Assembly: GCA_050246755.1 (NCBI GenBank)
Contig: JBFWVL010000001.1
Span: 32,001-96,000 of the forward strand
Origin: Bacteriovoracia bacterium
GTDB lineage: Bacteria; Bdellovibrionota; UBA1018; CAIPTA01
Length of the DNA stretch: 64,000 nucleotides
Reading direction: 5' to 3'
The number at the start of each line of letters is the position of its first letter. Position 1 is the stretch's first letter. Shown piece by piece: positions 60,431 to 64,000 of the stretch. A program made the translations under genes and the position numbers. Below the pieces are notes generated by a model. It made no database searches. It was given only the letters and a program-made list of their open reading frames with translations, and was not told the DNA's origin.

Positions 60431-62965
60431 TTAACCCCGGAACCCGAGCACGCGGCGCAAGAAGAGGAGCACGCTCTTGAGCGTACCATCGTCGATCTTC
60501 TCCGCCAGGTAATTCAGGGCGGGCCGGATCGCGTTATCCTGGAAGAAAGAATTCATCTGCCGCACCATGGTGGGCAACTTGTCTTTTCTCATCACGTCGC
60601 TCACCGAGCGCAAGGTTTCGCGGCGCGAACCTAGATTGGCGTTCGTGGGCTTGGCGTTCTTGCCGAAGTCGCGAAAAAAATCGTTTATCTTTTCTTCCGG
60701 AGTGGCGAGTACTTCGCTGGCGGAGGTGAGCAGGAAACGCTCCGTTTCGACGCGCTTCGCCTCCGAGACCAGGCTCGAAAGCGGAACGAGGAGCCGGCCG
60801 AGCGTGGACGTCTCATAGTTTTTCGTGGATTCCGGGCGGAACAACGAGCGCAGCACGCGCTTCAGGGCATCGGCCCCGAGCGATACCTTGCGGCGGTCTT
60901 CGAGCTCATCCGACACGTTCGCATTGTCGAACGCGCCCGAGAACGAATTCTGGTACGCGGAGAGAAGGTCCACCGCCTTTTCGGCGAAGCCGGTCTGGTA
61001 GGCACTTACGAGGATCGCCACGTAGTTCTTGATCAGGTAGCCTTTGTCTTTCGAAGCCATCGCGCGGGTGAGATCGTTCCCCGAGCGCGACATTCCGCTT
61101 CTCCAGTAAAGCCAGATATTAGGAACTTGGGCAACGAGGGCGCGGTAGGCGCGCTTATTGTTCGCGTCTTCTTGCGCGCTGATGAATCCGCCCTTGAAAA
61201 TTTCTTCGGCGAGATCGTTGATCAGATAATCGCGGTGCTTATGATATTTCTCCATCATGCCCAGATCGCGGAACGCGTAGGAAGAAATCATTTCCACCGT
61301 GCTGGGATCTACGTAGGGAGAGGAGAAGTACCATTCCGAAATCGTTTTCCCGTTGTTCTTGAAATCGGTGGTGATTTTCGTCACGAGCGATTGCACGAGG
61401 GGGAACGCGAAATCCACGATCACGCTTTCTCCCAGCGCCTCACTGGCGGCCTCCCACCAAGCGTCGAGCAAATGATCCTGCACCCGAACCGTTTTTCCGT
61501 TGAGGGCTACCGAATACTCCAATTGCGAGTTCGAGAAGCGTCGGATGGCCACGTTCAGGGATTTAGGCGCGCCGTTCGCGTAAACCGCGCGGCCCGCTTC
61601 GCTCACGGCCGAGGCTCCGTAAATTCCCTTTACCTTCGTGAGCAAACTGGAACCCGCGAGAATTTTTGCGTTCTTCTTGCCGATCTGCGCCTCGTTGATC
61701 TCCACTAGGATAGGATCCATCCAGTCGGAGAACTTCGCGTCGCCGAGGGCGGTTTTGAGAAAAGTTACGAACTCTTCTTCCGTCATTGGCTCGTCGGTAT
61801 CAATCTCTTTTTCGTCGGCATAGTCGCCGAGGTACGAGGAGAGATTAAAATGCTCGGGCAGGCCCGAGGCGATTTGCCCGCGCACTACGTACTGGGTGAG
61901 GCTATCGGTGAGCTTGGAGCGGGTTCCATTCGCCGCGAACCAACGGCCGAGGGCGGGGATGAAATCAGGGTGGGCTTTCTGGAACTCGTCTACCAGGCCG
62001 ATTAATTCCATGATCGGCGGAACTTCCCCATTGGGGCCACGGGCAAATAGCTTCTTATAGTTGCGGACGCGGCGCTGCTCGGGAGTGAGCACGAGGCCGT
62101 CCTCATCGTCGCCCGGCTCTTTTTCGGCGTTAAGCTTCGGATCGATCTGCTCGCCGCGCACGGCGCCGCTTTCGAGGAAGAGGGAAACAAACACGCCCTT
62201 CTCGTTCATCTGATCGAGGTATTCCTGGATCGAGGTATTCTTCATCTTCAGTTTACGAAGATCGTCGGCGAGCTCGAGGGTGCGAAGCGCCACGGACTCC
62301 CCGTTTATTTTCTTCTGCAGGAAGCGCGCGGCTTCCTTTACCGTCTTGGAGTAATTTTTCTCGGCCGAAACGCCGTCGTCGGTGCTATCGAAAAGCGTGA
62401 AGATATCGTCGAAATTATCGGGAAATCGCTCCTGGTAGAGCACATCGGCGAGGCTGGGCAAAAGAGATTCCCAGATGCCCTGGCCGGCGCTGAGGATCGA
62501 GCTGAGGAGCGGGAGCGCGTCCTGGAAAGATGGGTTTTTGATCACGCTAGCCAGCACCGGCAAGAGACGTTCGCCGCGGCTCGAGCCCGCCTCGTCGATT
62601 TCCAGCCAGTCGCGGAGGGTTTCTTTGATGTCTCTATTCGTATTATTGGAATCAATGATCACGTTGATGTTTTTCAGGAAGGCCGGAAATTGCTCGTTTG
62701 TGAACAAAGGCTCGAGCGGCGAAAGGGTACGGTCGTAGTTGGCGCAGGCGAATACCGCGCGGAAATTTTCGCTGGTGAGGAGCTCGTCGGTTTCACCGCT
62801 GAGATTTACGTTTCTTCCGTGGCAATTTTCTAGGCGCTGCTTTTCCAGGTCGACGCCGTCGGCGCTAACTTGTCTGGGTAAAAATACGACGGGATCAGCC
62901 GACTGCCCTTTCGAGCATCCGGTGAGTACAATTCCCGCTAAGATCAAGGCTCGCCACTTGGCCAT
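60431..62965 (-). CDS. Large helical hypothetical lipoprotein
   Basis: Lipobox VLTGC after MAKWR, GGAG SD, about 844 aa. Confidence 0.75.
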   Translation of the reverse strand: MAKWRALILAGIVLTGCSKGQSADPVVFLPRQVSADGVDLEKQRLENCHGRNVNLSGETDELLTSENFRAVFACANYDRTLSPLEPLFTNEQFPAFLKNINVIIDSNNTNRDIKETLRDWLEIDEAGSSRGERLLPVLASVIKNPSFQDALPLLSSILSAGQGIWESLLPSLADVLYQERFPDNFDDIFTLFDSTDDGVSAEKNYSKTVKEAARFLQKKINGESVALRTLELADDLRKLKMKNTSIQEYLDQMNEKGVFVSLFLESGAVRGEQIDPKLNAEKEPGDDEDGLVLTPEQRRVRNYKKLFARGPNGEVPPIMELIGLVDEFQKAHPDFIPALGRWFAANGTRSKLTDSLTQYVVRGQIASGLPEHFNLSSYLGDYADEKEIDTDEPMTEEEFVTFLKTALGDAKFSDWMDPILVEINEAQIGKKNAKILAGSSLLTKVKGIYGASAVSEAGRAVYANGAPKSLNVAIRRFSNSQLEYSVALNGKTVRVQDHLLDAWWEAASEALGESVIVDFAFPLVQSLVTKITTDFKNNGKTISEWYFSSPYVDPSTVEMISSYAFRDLGMMEKYHKHRDYLINDLAEEIFKGGFISAQEDANNKRAYRALVAQVPNIWLYWRSGMSRSGNDLTRAMASKDKGYLIKNYVAILVSAYQTGFAEKAVDLLSAYQNSFSGAFDNANVSDELEDRRKVSLGADALKRVLRSLFRPESTKNYETSTLGRLLVPLSSLVSEAKRVETERFLLTSASEVLATPEEKINDFFRDFGKNAKPTNANLGSRRETLRSVSDVMRKDKLPTMVRQMNSFFQDNAIRPALNYLAEKIDDGTLKSVLLFLRRVLGFRG

Positions 62966-63316
62966 TTTTCTCTCTCCATACATCAAAGATCCGTGCGCTA
63001 ACTCGCGGAACCTAACAAATGACGCATCGTTCCACAAGACATAAAACACAATTAGTCAACTTTTCTAAGGCTTTGCCTTCGGTCTGCATTCTTGGAGAGT
63101 TAGGCACATAAGTCAAGTTGGGTAAGGGATTATTAGTTCAATAAAATTAAATACTTATAAAGATGGGCCTTTATGGAAGCATTATGCCGGTGCCCAGCCA
63201 TAAGGGCTTCGATCACCCTTGCCCGGCAGAACTAAACGCCCGACACCTGCTAATAACTTCGACAATCAGGACGGGCAATTCGCGGAAAAATCTCCGTGAA
63301 TATAAGGATTTACCCC

Positions 63317-63332
63317 TGGCACGCGGGATGCA
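63317..63332 (+). promoter_or_regulatory. Putative sigma54 promoter
   Basis: TGGCAC-GCGGG-ATGCA, one mismatch from the TGGCAC-N5-TTGCW consensus. Confidence 0.65.
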
Positions 63333-63342
63333 TCTACGAAGA

Positions 63343-63416
63343 CAGCAGAGAGGTTAGCCAAACTTCCCTCCCCATCCCCCCCTCCCGAGATTTGGCTAGC
63401 TTCTCTGTTTTCTTTT
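63343..63416 (+). ncRNA. Candidate small RNA: single hairpin with C-rich loop and U-tract
   Basis: 17-bp stem 63346-63362/63391-63407 with two G-U pairs; loop contains two CCTCC; followed by TTTTCTTTT; starts about 12 nt after the sigma54 -12 box. Confidence 0.6.
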
Positions 63417-63607
63417 ATTCTGAATATAAATAAATAACTATATATCTTGGTCGCGCGGAAAGCACTGCCACTGCGGGGACCGATCCACGCGGATCGAAAG
63501 TAGGTTTTCCGATCCGTCCAGCGACGAAAGCATAAAAATAGCAATGGGAACTTAGAAGCCTAATAGCCACCTCCGGGTGGCGAAAAACATTAATGAGCCC
63601 CGCCTCC

Positions 63608-63633
63608 TCACTGTTCTCTATGGAGAACAGTGA
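63608..63633. promoter_or_regulatory. Perfect 11-bp palindrome, candidate operator
   Basis: TCACTGTTCTC-TATG-GAGAACAGTGA about 50 bp upstream of a TIGR02147-type gene. Confidence 0.45.
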
Positions 63634-63682
63634 TGTTCACCATTTTCTGTACAACCCGCCCTCCGCGCTATATTAAGAGCGC

Positions 63683-64000
63683 ATGATTTTCGAGCAAACA
63701 AACTATCGTGTCTTGCTGAAGGCGGCCTGGTCCGAAAAAGCAGCTAAGGGGAAAGGCTATTCCCTGCGTAGCCTAGCCAGGAAGGTGGGCGTGTCCCCTT
63801 CTTTTTTATCCGAAATGCTGAACGGCAAAAAATCTTTGTCGATGGATCTTGCCTTCAAGATCGCCGTGAAGCTGGGCCTCACCGAAACTGAAACCCAGAA
63901 TCTCTGCTTATTGGCCCAGCTCGAAAACGAGCAGGATCCTGATTTCCGCTCCGAGATCCTAAAGCGCATCAACCATCTGCACCCTCGGAAGAAGACTCAC
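63683..64000 (+). CDS. TIGR02147-family HTH protein (runs off the window end)
   Basis: MIFEQTNYRVLL...YSLRSLARKVGVSPSFLSEMLNGKKSLS...KLGL. Confidence 0.85.
   Translation, partial: MIFEQTNYRVLLKAAWSEKAAKGKGYSLRSLARKVGVSPSFLSEMLNGKKSLSMDLAFKIAVKLGLTETETQNLCLLAQLENEQDPDFRSEILKRINHLHPRKKTH

Noticed and set aside
62966-63682. c-di-GMP riboswitch or short ORFs (63163..63357, 63266..63544) in the intergenic gap
   Set aside because: No recognisable GEMM motif; the ORFs lack an SD and coding bias and overlap the sRNA candidate.

Overview
A roughly 64 kb bacterial chromosome segment, most likely from a GC-rich Bdellovibrionota member. That assignment is inferred from two TIGR02147-type regulators, the HNH and IS1/IS1595-like families, and the COG3014-LpoB pair. 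Bases 1-5100 are a visibly AT-richer accessory island downstream of tRNA-Leu(TAG). It holds a decaying array of repeated two-gene modules: a secreted Ig-like/helical-hairpin protein 'X' followed by one or more secreted TIMP-like OB-fold proteins 'T'. The array is cut by one intact and one vestigial IS3/IS407 element, and tRNA-3'-end repeats with long hairpins follow the tRNA. The rest is mostly core genome: opp ABC transporter, TPR-lolB-like pair, lpoB, rnc-era-der, fur-mpg, ileS, ptrB, thyA-folA, fumC, clpS-clpA, rrf2-sufCDSU-sufT-sufB, pdxH and signalling genes. Other notable items are an IS1/IS1595-like element and a matching MITE, both wedged between convergent stop codons; a candidate sigma54-driven sRNA with a C-rich anti-SD loop; an unannotated 44-aa ORF; a FadL-centred operon of unknown exported proteins; and widespread leaderless gene starts. 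All calls come from reading the sequence; no database searches were run.
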